A stretch of 62,756 bases of DNA, counting the filler. It is 7 parts of 7 records of this genome, joined end to end, with 100 filler letters (N's around TTAATTAATTAA, not from the genome) between each part and the next. Parts side by side here need not be neighbours in the genome. Positions count along the whole stretch, not along the records: positions 38,691 to 47,853 come from SRR31156797_7921; positions 47,954 to 53,575 come from SRR31156797_7940; 5 more parts are not named here. One strand, given 5' to 3'. A model generated the notes under the pieces. That model saw only the letters and a program-made list of their open reading frames with translations. It was not told the DNA's origin and made no database searches. A program made the translations under genes and the position numbers. Positions 39,349 to 48,718 of the stretch are shown in pieces (the stretch's first letter is position 1; every line of letters starts with the position of its first letter).

Positions 39349-39450
39349 GATTCACATTCCGCAATTAATAAAGTCCTGGAAAGAACACAACCGGGAGGCA
39401 GGGTCGGCAAGCGCTCCCCTCCCCCCGGACGTTCTGCCGGTCAATGGTAT

Positions 39451-40266
39451 TTAGTATACCGGGATACTGCCGGCCTCTTCCACCAGCTGTTGCCCCTTTT
39501 TAGACAACAGGTAGTTCATGAAATCGGCGGTCCGTCCCTTAAGCCATCCGTTGGTGAACATGAACAGGGGGCGGGAGATGGAATACTGGCCGGTCCGGGT
39601 GGTCTCCGGGGTGCCCGGCACCCGGTCCACGCTCAAGGTTTTGACCTCGTCGTTGACATAGCCAAGGGCGATGTAGCCAATGGCCCCCGGGGTGCTTGCC
39701 ACGGCCTGGACAAGGCCGCCGTTGGAGGGAACGGTCAGGGCACTGGGGATTACCCGGGCCTTTTTCATCACAAGCTTTTCCCACACCTCAAAGGTGCCGG
39801 AAGAGGTGTCCCTGGAGATGACAACAATTTTAGCATCGGCCCCGCCGAGCGCTTTCCAGTTTTTGACCTTACCCAGGTAGATGTTTTTCAGCTGATCCAT
39901 GGTGAGATCGTTCACCGGGTTACCCGGATTCACCACCGGTACGATACAGTCCAAAGCGATTCTGTGGGGAACGGGATACACCCCCTTGGAAGTGGCGAGC
40001 TTGATCTCCTTTGACTTGATAAAGCGGGAAGCGTTGCCGATATCGGCGGTGCCGTCCACAATGGCTTTGATGCCGTTGCTGGATCCGCCCCCGGAAAGCG
40101 AGATCTTCACGTCCGGATGCAGTTTCATATAGGATTCCGCCACTTTCTGGGCAATGGGAAGAACGGTTGTGGAGCCTTTCAGGACCAGCTCTTCGGCAAG
40201 GCCCGGAGCCGCAGCCATTACCGTCATACAAACAGCGGCAACCATCAATTTGATACGGTTTTTCAT
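39451..40266 (-). CDS. pstS: Phosphate-binding protein
   Basis: Signal peptide, GSTTVLP, GGGSSNG, ASR, SRDTSSGT, SRPLF; ATG 40266 after GAGGAG. Confidence 0.92.
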   Translation of the reverse strand: MKNRIKLMVAAVCMTVMAAAPGLAEELVLKGSTTVLPIAQKVAESYMKLHPDVKISLSGGGSSNGIKAIVDGTADIGNASRFIKSKEIKLATSKGVYPVPHRIALDCIVPVVNPGNPVNDLTMDQLKNIYLGKVKNWKALGGADAKIVVISRDTSSGTFEVWEKLVMKKARVIPSALTVPSNGGLVQAVASTPGAIGYIALGYVNDEVKTLSVDRVPGTPETTRTGQYSISRPLFMFTNGWLKGRTADFMNYLLSKKGQQLVEEAGSIPVY

Positions 40267-40399
40267 CTTTTCTCCTCTTGGTTTTACAGTTGGTTTATCG
40301 CTCATCGCATATGAATGGTGCCCCATCGTCTTTTTATTTCAGGTATGGCAGGCATCAATTCGAGTGCGAACATCCATTGAATTCAATAGAATGAATCCT

Positions 40400-40437
40400 A
40401 CGTGAAGATTGTTAGCAAACCGTTAGGAAAATGTGGG
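40400..40437 (-). promoter_or_regulatory. Candidate Pho-box-like direct repeats upstream of pstS
   Basis: Minus-strand CCCAC/CTAAC/CTAAC units at 11-bp period (plus-strand 40433, 40422, 40411). Confidence 0.4.
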
Positions 40438-40444
40438 GGAATGA

Positions 40445-40885
40445 TTAAATCACAGGAGAGAGTCGTTTTTCGAGAATCAGTCGATTGCCTTTTCGGTTAT
40501 ATCCGCAGGAAGAGAAGTAGGCGGTCATGATGACAAGGCCCCGGCCGTGGTCTTCATGGTCATCCGGGGGGCGCTGGCGCGCCTTTTGCCAGTCAAACCC
40601 CTCCCCCTGGTCCTCGATCTCCATCCGGATGGAGCGGTCCTGGTCGATTTTCAGGAAAAACGTCACCCGCTTGCTGGGATCGAGGGCGTTGCCGTGGCGC
40701 ACGGCATTGGTGAGGGCTTCCCGCATCACAAGGTTGATGGCGAAAAAATGCTCCTCCATCTCCCGGAAGCCCTGCTTCAGGAAACCGGTCACCTCTTCGC
40801 AGGTGCGGTCGATATTTTCCAGGGTGGAACTGAAGGTGACCCTGACGGATTCCTCGGTAACAAAACGATCAAATATGTGGGACAT
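40445..40885 (-). CDS. Anti-sigma factor/Ser kinase (RsbW-like HATPase_c_2)
   Basis: EALTNAVRHGN, DQGEGFD, HGRGL, GN. Confidence 0.88.
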   Translation of the reverse strand: MSHIFDRFVTEESVRVTFSSTLENIDRTCEEVTGFLKQGFREMEEHFFAINLVMREALTNAVRHGNALDPSKRVTFFLKIDQDRSIRMEIEDQGEGFDWQKARQRPPDDHEDHGRGLVIMTAYFSSCGYNRKGNRLILEKRLSPVI

Positions 40886-40888
40886 TGT

Positions 40889-42010
40889 TCATACCTCCAC
40901 GCAGAGTACAACAACATCATCCTCGGGCCCTTCGCCCTCCCCAAAAATCGTTTCCATCAGGGAGACGGGGGCATCGCCATAGGGCACGTCCCGGATCTGC
41001 TTGAACTTTTCAAGCAGGCTTTCGGCGCCGGTGGCCCAGGTGACCTTCTGCCGGACCGACTCCACCAAACCGTCCGAATAGATGAAAAGCCGGTCCCCCG
41101 GGTTCACCCGGATCCGGTGGATGCCGAACCGGGCATCCTTGAACATCCCCAGGATATCCCCCTCCACCCGTATCACCTCGGGATCCTTGTCCTTGGGGAC
41201 ATGGACCACCGGCGGATGGCCCGCGCTGATGATGCACAGGTTGCCCGTGCTCCGGTTCAGCCAGACATAACAGGCGGTGAGGTACTTGCCGTCCGTGAGG
41301 ATCTCCACCAGCACGTCGTTGATCATCTTCATGCTCTCCTGGGGCGAGTACACCGGATTGCAGTTCTGGGCCAGCAACGCCTTGATGGAAGCGGTCATAT
41401 AACTGGTTTTGATATCGTGGCCCGAAAAATCGGCCACAAAATAACCGGTAATCTGGTCCGAGATGTTCAGGATATCATAGAAATCGCCCCCGGCCTCCTC
41501 AAGGGCCTTGTAATAAACCCCGAACCGTGCGTTTGGGAACTCATCGGCAGGGGGCATCATGGCGTTCTGGGCTTCGGTGATCTGCCTGAGTTTCCGGGCC
41601 TGGTCCGCGATCAGGGAGTTGGTGGCAATGGAGAGCTTGAGGTGGATCCCGACCCGGGCAAGCACCTCGAGGGGGTGAAACGGCTTGGTAATATAATCCA
41701 CGGCCCCGAGATCAAACCCCTTCAATTTTGAATCGATCTCACTCTTTCCAGTGAGGAAGATCACGGGGATCGCCCCTGTGGCGGGATTTTCCTTCAAATA
41801 ACGGATCACCTCAAACCCGTCCTCCCCCGGCATCTGGATATCCAGCAGGATGAGATCGGGCTTTTCCCACACACTGAGCTCCCTGGCACTGGGCCCGTTG
41901 CTGGCCGAGATCACCCGATACCCCTCCTTGACCAGAGCGCTTTCCATGAGCTTGAGGTTCACCGGGTTGTCATCAACAGCCAGGACGGTAAAGGGCTGAT
42001 TTCCTTCCAT
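40889..42010 (-). CDS. Response regulator REC + SpoIIE/PP2C phosphatase (RsbU-like)
   Basis: REC (VDD, LLDIQMP, TKP); GGDFYD, ADFSGH, SAGHPP, YSDGL, EDD. Confidence 0.9.
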   Translation of the reverse strand: MEGNQPFTVLAVDDNPVNLKLMESALVKEGYRVISASNGPSARELSVWEKPDLILLDIQMPGEDGFEVIRYLKENPATGAIPVIFLTGKSEIDSKLKGFDLGAVDYITKPFHPLEVLARVGIHLKLSIATNSLIADQARKLRQITEAQNAMMPPADEFPNARFGVYYKALEEAGGDFYDILNISDQITGYFVADFSGHDIKTSYMTASIKALLAQNCNPVYSPQESMKMINDVLVEILTDGKYLTACYVWLNRSTGNLCIISAGHPPVVHVPKDKDPEVIRVEGDILGMFKDARFGIHRIRVNPGDRLFIYSDGLVESVRQKVTWATGAESLLEKFKQIRDVPYGDAPVSLMETIFGEGEGPEDDVVVLCVEV

Positions 42011-42016
42011 GGTCGC

Positions 42017-42337
42017 TTACCTCCCGGCCATGGCCATATTAATGGCGTCAAGCCCCTGGCGCAGGGCATCCGCCTTTGCGTTAATGGGATCGAACTCCCC
42101 CTGGCCGGCCAGGGTTTCCATCTCTAACGCGATGGCGGCGATCTCGGCAAACCCGAGATTGCCGGCCGCGCCCTTGATGGAGTGGGCCGCATTGGCAACG
42201 GATTCCCCGCTGCCCTGGGCAAGGCCCTCTTCAAGGACGGCAAGATCCGACAGGGAGGTGGTCACCAGGAGTTCTGCCAGCTCACGAAAATCCTCCTCGC
42301 CAATGCCAAGGTTTGAAGCCATTGCCTTAAAATCCAT
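42017..42337 (-). CDS. Stand-alone Hpt phosphotransfer protein
   Basis: AAHSIKGAAGNLG. Confidence 0.88.
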   Translation of the reverse strand: MDFKAMASNLGIGEEDFRELAELLVTTSLSDLAVLEEGLAQGSGESVANAAHSIKGAAGNLGFAEIAAIALEMETLAGQGEFDPINAKADALRQGLDAINMAMAGR

Positions 42338-42487
42338 GGGATCTCCTGTAATTGATGGGATTTATATCTTAGAGATGCCCTCATTTTATAGCCGTTCCCC
42401 CGGGGAAGTCAATTGATTTTGCAACTATTCAACGTTGTTCCGGGGGACACCCTCCGGAAATTAAAAAAGCCTTTTTAAACAAAGACC

Positions 42488-42524
42488 TTGACCTCAACCA
42501 ACACGACAATTACAATAAACGTGT
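42488..42524 (+). promoter_or_regulatory. Sigma70 promoter overlapped by a palindromic operator
   Basis: TTGACC (42488)-17 nt-TACAAT (42511); ACACG-N14-CGTGT at 42501-42524. Confidence 0.65.
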
Positions 42525-42548
42525 CACTAAAACAGAGGAGGCCGAACC

Positions 42549-43622
42549 ATGTCATCACCCGGACAAAAAACAATGGATCAAACCCATATCATTTCAACCC
42601 TGGACGAAAACCACTGCCTAGATACAATTCAGCTCGACACCCTTGAGCGATCCTACCGGGACTGGGCGAAAGCATCGGCCCGGTCAGACGTACGCCGGTC
42701 CAGGATGCGGATCCTGCTGCTGTTTTTGCTGATCCGCTATACGGGAGCCAGGCTCAACGAAATCCTTTCCATCAATCCATTGGAGGATATCGACCTGAGC
42801 CGGCACCATGTTTCCCTGAAAAGCAGCCAGGCAAAAAGCGGATTGGGTGTGAGAACCGTCCCCATCCCCCAGGCCCTGTCCAGTGAAATCCACGGCATGC
42901 TGTCCGACCCGGGCTTTTTGGAATCAATCAAGCTCAAATTTGGCATCGATCCCGGGTTTGTACGGCGTAAATTTTACGAGCGCTCCGAATCCTGCGGTTT
43001 CGGCAGAAAACTGGGGGGCCCGGAGATGATCCGGAAAGCCCGGGGGGTGGAGCTGCTGCAAAGCAATATGCCCTTGCCTGCGGTGCAAAGCCTGTTGGGC
43101 CATTCGACCCCCAGCCTCACCAAATCAATGGTCCCGTTTTCTGAAAAAGAGATCCAGCGGCTGACCCAGCTGTTCATGGAACAGGAATTTGACCGCAAAA
43201 CCAGCGCCCGGAACTCGTTTTACGGTAAAATCAAGGCGATTCAAGCCAGCGACATCTTATCCATGATAGAGATCATCACCCTGGACGGATTTACCGTAAC
43301 CGCCACCATCACCAACAACAGCCTCCGGCAACTGGGCCTGAAAACAGGGGGACTTGTCACCGCCGAAGTCAAAACCACCTGGGTGATATTGCAGAAACGC
43401 GACGAAGCAGCCCTGTCCTGCACCGCCGAAAATCAGTTCAAAGGGACGGTCACCCGGGCCACCCGGGGCGAGTTCAACACAGAGTATGTCGTCCGCATAT
43501 CGGATGTAACAGAGCTGTGCACCATTGTCACAACAGCAAGCGCCCGCCAATTGGACCTGAAACAGGGAGATCCCGTCTGGGCGCTGTTCAACAGCTTTAC
43601 CGTGGTTCTCCATGCGGGATAA
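42549..43622 (+). CDS. tunR: TunR-family molybdate/tungstate-responsive regulator (inactive XerC-like domain + two TOBE domains)
   Basis: YTGARLNE and LLGH retained, but no HxxR His or Tyr nucleophile; TSARN and TAENQF TOBE openings. Confidence 0.8.
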   Translation: MSSPGQKTMDQTHIISTLDENHCLDTIQLDTLERSYRDWAKASARSDVRRSRMRILLLFLLIRYTGARLNEILSINPLEDIDLSRHHVSLKSSQAKSGLGVRTVPIPQALSSEIHGMLSDPGFLESIKLKFGIDPGFVRRKFYERSESCGFGRKLGGPEMIRKARGVELLQSNMPLPAVQSLLGHSTPSLTKSMVPFSEKEIQRLTQLFMEQEFDRKTSARNSFYGKIKAIQASDILSMIEIITLDGFTVTATITNNSLRQLGLKTGGLVTAEVKTTWVILQKRDEAALSCTAENQFKGTVTRATRGEFNTEYVVRISDVTELCTIVTTASARQLDLKQGDPVWALFNSFTVVLHAG

Positions 43623-43659
43623 CGATTTAATGAAAACCAACCAATAGCAGAGGAGACCC

Positions 43660-44418
43660 ATGGGTATCTCAACCGTTCTTTTCATCGCCATTTTTTTCAT
43701 ATCCCTGGTACTGACAATGGTCGGACTGGGAGGCGGCCTCGTCTTTTCCCCCCTTTTTGTCATCCTGGGATTTGCCAAATCCCAGGCAGCCGCAACCTCA
43801 CTGTTTCTCAACCTGGTGGCCGCGTCCTCCGCCGCATACACCTATTCCCGAAAAAAGATGGTGGATTTTTCCCTCGCCATCCCCCTGATCATTTCATCGG
43901 CCCTGGCCGCCCCCATGGGCTCATACTTCAATGTGCGCATCGATCTCAAGCCCTTTCTGATTCTCCTTGCCGTGGTGCTCGCCCTGGCAGGGTGCCGCAT
44001 GCTGATATCCCCCCCCGCCGTTGTCGAGCCGGGCACCATGGCCCCGGCAAAAAAATGCATCAGCGGGGCTGCCATCGGCGCCCTGATCGGCCTGATGAGC
44101 GGACTGCTCGGAATCGGCGGCGGGGTGTTTGTTGTCCCCCTTTTGATTTACGCCATCAAGACACCCACCAAAATCGCGGCCGCATCGTCAACCTTCATTG
44201 TCTGCTTTTCCTCTTTGACCGGATTTCTGGGCTATGCCTCCATGGCGGAGATCGACTGGCTGTTCATCCTGCCTGCGGCCGTTGCCTCCTTTGCGGGCGG
44301 ACAAGCCGGGGCAAGGCTCATGAGCAAGGGGCTCAAGGGCAGAAGCATCAGGGTCATCTTCAGCATCATCCTGTTCCTTCTATGTATCAAGCTGGGCTAT
44401 CAGTCCATGTTTTTATAG
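43660..44418 (+). CDS. TSUP/TauE-SafE family transporter
   Basis: MVGLGGG and LLGIGGG repeats, about 8 TM. Confidence 0.88.
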   Translation: MGISTVLFIAIFFISLVLTMVGLGGGLVFSPLFVILGFAKSQAAATSLFLNLVAASSAAYTYSRKKMVDFSLAIPLIISSALAAPMGSYFNVRIDLKPFLILLAVVLALAGCRMLISPPAVVEPGTMAPAKKCISGAAIGALIGLMSGLLGIGGGVFVVPLLIYAIKTPTKIAAASSTFIVCFSSLTGFLGYASMAEIDWLFILPAAVASFAGGQAGARLMSKGLKGRSIRVIFSIILFLLCIKLGYQSMFL

Positions 44419-44456
44419 AGTCCCCCAAAAACCCTGGAGGGCCCGCGTTCCCAGGT

Positions 44457-45779
44457 TCAGGGCGCCAGGCTTTCGCCGATGGTGCCGGTAACCGCCCGGA
44501 GGCTGTACCACGCCCGACGAAGGGCCACCAGGGAAAGGGCCAGGTTGCCCTCGGCCGTTGTCAGCTCCTTCTGGGCCTCGTTGAGGCGAACCAGGGAGGC
44601 CTGGCCCGACAGGTACTCCTGTTCCACCAGATCCCGGTTTTCCCTGACCAGCCGGGCCCGCTCCCGCTGCAACCGCAGCTGGTTCTGGGCGGTCACCACG
44701 GCCAGGCAGGCGGTTCTCACACCGCCCACCACATCGATCTCAAGGCTCCTCAAGCGGTTTTCCGCCTCTGATTTGACGGCCAGGGCTTCCCCCACCCCGG
44801 CCCGTGTCTCCCCGCCCCGGAACAACGGGCAGGAGATCCCGAGAGCAACGCTGTCGCCGATGTCACCGGATTGGAACCGCCCCTCCCCGGTTCGCCGGGC
44901 GGCAACGGATCCGGTCAGGGTGATGGTGGGCCAGTACCCCGATTTTGCCGCGTCCAGGTTTTCCCGGGCGATTTCAACGACCCGTTCCATGGCATTGATG
45001 TCCGGCCGGTTTGAAAGGGCCCGCCGGGACAATTCGCCCGGGTCGGGACGATCCATTTCCGTCCCCTTTTCCGGGGTGAGTTCGGCGGGCTCAAACAGCT
45101 CCCCATGGGGATCATCCGCGCCCAGGAGTCTGGCCAGGGTTGCCAGGGCCACCCTGTATGCGTTCTCTGCGGATTCAATATTGCTCTGGGCGCTGTTCAC
45201 CTTAATCTGAAAGTTGAGAAGATCGCTCAAGGACCCGGTCCCGGCCTTTTCCTTGAGCCCCGCGTCCACGGCCTGGCGCTGGTTGAAATCCTTATCCGCC
45301 TGGGCAATGGCCTTGTCTTTCAGGGCAAGCTGGGCCTTGAAATAGGTCTCTGCAACGGCGGAAAGCAGGTTACGCGCCACATTGGCACGGTCAAAGGCCG
45401 CCTGGTCCGCGGCCAGCAAAGCGGCGGTGTGACGATGGCGGGTCTCAAAGCCTGAAAACAGGGTCCATTGGGCCAGAAGCCCCGCATCATAATTCTCCTC
45501 CCGCTGGTCGGTACCGCCGGGCGCATGGGCAAAGGCGTTGTCCGACATACGGTCGCTCCGGGCAGTGCCCGTGGCCGTCAGGGTGGGAAAAAAAACGGCC
45601 CGGGCCTGTTTCACCCGCTCCCGGGCCTGGCGGACCCGTGCCTGGGCCGCCTGGATGGAAGGGTTGTCGGCAACGGCGATCTCAAAGGCCTGGTCCAGGG
45701 TGATGGTTTGGCAGGCAGCGGACGGGGCGCCCGCCAGGATAAGCGCAACGGCAAGGACGACGGCACGGGCCCGTGTCAT
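44457..45779 (-). CDS. TolC-family outer membrane efflux protein
   Basis: Signal peptide, TLDQA...NP, two FPTL/WPTI and W.LF.G/PLFRGG repeats. Confidence 0.88.
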   Translation of the reverse strand: MTRARAVVLAVALILAGAPSAACQTITLDQAFEIAVADNPSIQAAQARVRQARERVKQARAVFFPTLTATGTARSDRMSDNAFAHAPGGTDQREENYDAGLLAQWTLFSGFETRHRHTAALLAADQAAFDRANVARNLLSAVAETYFKAQLALKDKAIAQADKDFNQRQAVDAGLKEKAGTGSLSDLLNFQIKVNSAQSNIESAENAYRVALATLARLLGADDPHGELFEPAELTPEKGTEMDRPDPGELSRRALSNRPDINAMERVVEIARENLDAAKSGYWPTITLTGSVAARRTGEGRFQSGDIGDSVALGISCPLFRGGETRAGVGEALAVKSEAENRLRSLEIDVVGGVRTACLAVVTAQNQLRLQRERARLVRENRDLVEQEYLSGQASLVRLNEAQKELTTAEGNLALSLVALRRAWYSLRAVTGTIGESLAP

Positions 45780-46282
45780 GACATCGCCGCCGGTTCAAGA
45801 TCCGGGACGCCCCGGCGCCGGGGTTCCACATCAATCCTCAAGGGCCCCCGCCGCACCCGGTGGAAAAGGAGCCTGAAATCGTTCAGGATCACAAAAAGGC
45901 TGGGAACCAGCACCAAGGTGAGGATGGTGGCAAAGGCGACACCGGCGGCAAGCTCCCTGCCCGTATACTTCCGGCCCAGGGTGCGGATGCGGATCTCCTT
46001 GATCACGGGCTTTTCCGCATCCGCGGGAAAGGTGGAGATGACGTTGATGTTGGCCCGGACAGCGTCCAGAAGCTCCCGGGTGTCATACCCCTTGTCCACC
46101 TCGATCATGGCTGTGGCAATACTTTCGCCGGACCGGTTGCCCACCCGGCTCTTCTCAAACAGCCCCTTGACCCGGGCATATTCGGCGGCGGCAAGAACCC
46201 TGAAAACCATTTTCCGGTATCGGGCTGCTTCTTTTCTATTCGGCCCCCCATCCCTGGGAATATCGTGGGCGCCTGTTTCCAT
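45776..46282 (-). pseudogene. Internally deleted AcrB-type RND remnant (possibly with a piece of membrane-fusion protein)
   Basis: A 168-aa ORF joins an AcrB-like N-terminal piece (…STFPADAEKPVI) to the final TM (GVAFATILTLVLVPSLF); abuts tolC. Confidence 0.65.
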
Positions 46283-46290
46283 TGTCGGCG

Positions 46291-47178
46291 TCAGGACCCG
46301 GGCGGTTTGAACAAGGCTTCAAGCCGGTCCGCGCTCCCGGAATCAAGCTCCCCCCCTTCCCTTGCGATCTTCAGGGTGTATTGGCCAAGAAGCCGGTAGA
46401 GATCGGCATATTCCGGCCGCACCTTTTCGATATCGGCCATATGCCGCGCCACGATCTCCCCGTCCCCCCGGGCCACGGGTCCGGTAAGGGCGGCCACGGT
46501 GCCCCGGTTCCCGATATTGGAAAGGGTGCCCAGGATCAGGGGCGAAAGGATCTCGTAGGCCCTGGCCTCGGACAGCTCGGCCTCCCTGAGCAGATCGATG
46601 GCAAAGCGCTCCAGGGTGACAAGATAGTTGGAGGCCACCACGGCGGCCGCATGGTAGAGGGTCTTGGCACGGGTGGGAATGGTGAAGGACACCCCGCCCA
46701 GGGCCTCGATCATCCGGGTACCCAGCTCGACGGCCGGCCCGTCCCCCTCCACGGAGATGTTGATCCCCTTGAACGGGGAGGCCTGGCCCGGCTCGTAGGG
46801 GGCAAAGCTCTGGAGGGGATGGATGGAGCCTGTGGGCACCCCGGCCGTGCCCTCCTTGGGGAGGATGCCCGAGGACAAGGCGCCGCTGCAATGGAACACC
46901 ACGCTGCCGGACCCAAGGGCCTTTTGGGCGACAAGGCCGGCAAACACCCCCTCAATGGCGCCATCCGGGGTGGTGATAAAAAGTATATTGCCGTTTTTCG
47001 CGGCATCCGCGGGTGTGTCAAACACCTGGCCGGCCCCTGCGAGCCGGGCCGTGTTTTGGGCCGATGCGAGGCTGCGGCTGGCAACGCCTGCCAACGGAAA
47101 TCCCGCCCGGGTGAGAAACACGGCCAGGGCCGTTCCCACCCGGCCGCAACCGATGATGGAGATCGAAGGTGTCGTCAT
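46291..47178 (-). CDS. panG: Rossmann + DUF2520 protein, PanG-type ketopantoate reductase
   Basis: GCGRVG, HCSG, SIHPLQSF, YHAAAVVASN, LTGPVARGD; directly after panB. Confidence 0.75.
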   Translation of the reverse strand: MTTPSISIIGCGRVGTALAVFLTRAGFPLAGVASRSLASAQNTARLAGAGQVFDTPADAAKNGNILFITTPDGAIEGVFAGLVAQKALGSGSVVFHCSGALSSGILPKEGTAGVPTGSIHPLQSFAPYEPGQASPFKGINISVEGDGPAVELGTRMIEALGGVSFTIPTRAKTLYHAAAVVASNYLVTLERFAIDLLREAELSEARAYEILSPLILGTLSNIGNRGTVAALTGPVARGDGEIVARHMADIEKVRPEYADLYRLLGQYTLKIAREGGELDSGSADRLEALFKPPGS

Positions 47179-47853
47179 TTATTTATACCCATGCTCCTCT
47201 GCGGGAAAGGTCTGGTTATTCACTTCGTCCCTGTAGCCCTCGATCCCCGCGATGGCGGCTTTCCGAAGCTCGGCGAACTGTTTCACAAATTTCGGCAGGT
47301 GCCTGTCATGGAGGCCGAGCATGTCATGGAGTACGAGGATCTGGCCGTCGCAGTCCACACCTGCGCCAATGCCGATGGTGGGAATGGTGAGCTTTTCCGT
47401 AATCTTGGCCGCAATATCCGAGGGGATGCCTTCCAGCACCACGGAAAACGCGCCCGCCTCCTGGACCTGAATGGCATCGGCAAGGAGCCGTTCCTCGTTG
47501 CGCTGCACCTTGAAACCGCCCATCTGGTGCACACTCTGGGGGGTGAGCCCGATATGGGCCTGGACCGGAATGCCGGCCCTGGCAATGGCATGGATCACCT
47601 CGCACACATCGGCCCCGCCTTCAAGCTTGACGGCGGATGCGTTGGCCTCCTTGAGGAACCGGCCGGCATTGTCAACGGCCGTGTCAATGGAACTCTGGTA
47701 GGACATGAAGGGCATGTCCCCCACCACCATGGCCCGGGTGCAGGCCCGGGTCACCATGGCGGTGTGGTAGAGAATCTCATCCATGGTCACGGGCAGGGTG
47801 GTCTCCTTGCCCTGGATCACCATGCCAAGGGAATCCCCCACAAGAATCATGTC
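47179..47853 (-). CDS. panB: 3-methyl-2-oxobutanoate hydroxymethyltransferase, 5' truncated
   Basis: LVGDSLG, DMPF, KLEGG, HIGLTPQ, IGIGAG, GQILV. Confidence 0.95.
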   Translation of the reverse strand, partial: DMILVGDSLGMVIQGKETTLPVTMDEILYHTAMVTRACTRAMVVGDMPFMSYQSSIDTAVDNAGRFLKEANASAVKLEGGADVCEVIHAIARAGIPVQAHIGLTPQSVHQMGGFKVQRNEERLLADAIQVQEAGAFSVVLEGIPSDIAAKITEKLTIPTIGIGAGVDCDGQILVLHDMLGLHDRHLPKFVKQFAELRKAAIAGIEGYRDEVNNQTFPAEEHGYK

Positions 47854-47953
47854 NNNNNNNNNNNNNNNNNNNNNNNNNNNNNNNNNNNNNNNNNNNNTTA
47901 ATTAATTAANNNNNNNNNNNNNNNNNNNNNNNNNNNNNNNNNNNNNNNNNNNN
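47854..47953. other. Artificial contig linker
   Basis: N44-TTAATTAATTAA-N44. Confidence 0.98.
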
Positions 47954-48692
47954 CAATCCCCTGGCCGGCATGATGCAGACCGCGTGGGTCATGGCAAATC
48001 GCCTGGACAGCAAAATGCATATACCCGCCAACATAAAGGCTGCCCAGCAGGCCGGCACATCTATTGAAGCCATCAACAACTTCATGGAGGCCCGGGGCAT
48101 ATTGCGCATGATTACGAACATCATTGAATCGGGCCGGCGGGTGGCTGAGATCGTAGACAACATGCTCAGTTTTGCCAGAAAAAGCGACGCAAGGCTCGCC
48201 CTCCATGACATGGCGGACCTTCTGAACAAAAGCCTGGAACTTGCGACCACGGACTATGATCTCAAAAAGCACTACGACTTCAAGAAAATCGAAATCAAAA
48301 AAGAATACGAAAAAGACCTCCCCCCAGTTCCCTGTGAGGGAGCCAAGATCCAGCAGGTGCTGCTCAACATCCTGCGCAACGGCGCCCAGGCCATGCAGGA
48401 GTCGGGCATCTTGTCCCCCCTGTTCATCGTCCGGGCATACCTTAAACCGAAGCGAAAAATGGTGTGCCTGGAAATCGAGGACAACGGCCCCGGCATGACC
48501 GAGGCGACCCGCAAACGGGTCTTCGAGCCTTTTTACACCACCAAGGCCGTGGGATTGGGCACCGGTCTCGGGCTTTCGGTCTCCTATTTCATCATCACCG
48601 AAAATCACGGGGGCGAAATGGCCGTTGAATCCCGGCCCGGGGCCGGAACAAAATTCATCATCCTCCTGCCTTTGGAAAGAAGGCAGGCATAG
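47954..48692 (+). CDS. NtrB-like sensor histidine kinase, C-terminal part
   Basis: NPLAGM, QQVLLNILRNG, DNGPG, FEPFYTTK, GTGLGL. Confidence 0.9.
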
Positions 48693-48718
48693 GCCATGAT
48701 GCCTGATGCCGGAAACAT

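Noticed and set aside
38791-41731. 407-aa and 394-aa plus-strand ORFs
   Set aside because: Antisense shadows of pstC/pstS and the RsbW/RsbU-like genes.
42549-43622. Active integrase marking a mobile element
   Set aside because: Lacks the HxxR His and catalytic Tyr and carries TOBE domains, which fits a TunR regulator.
46282-47901. 539-aa plus-strand ORF
   Set aside because: Antisense shadow of panG and panB in GC-rich DNA; no motifs; runs into the linker.
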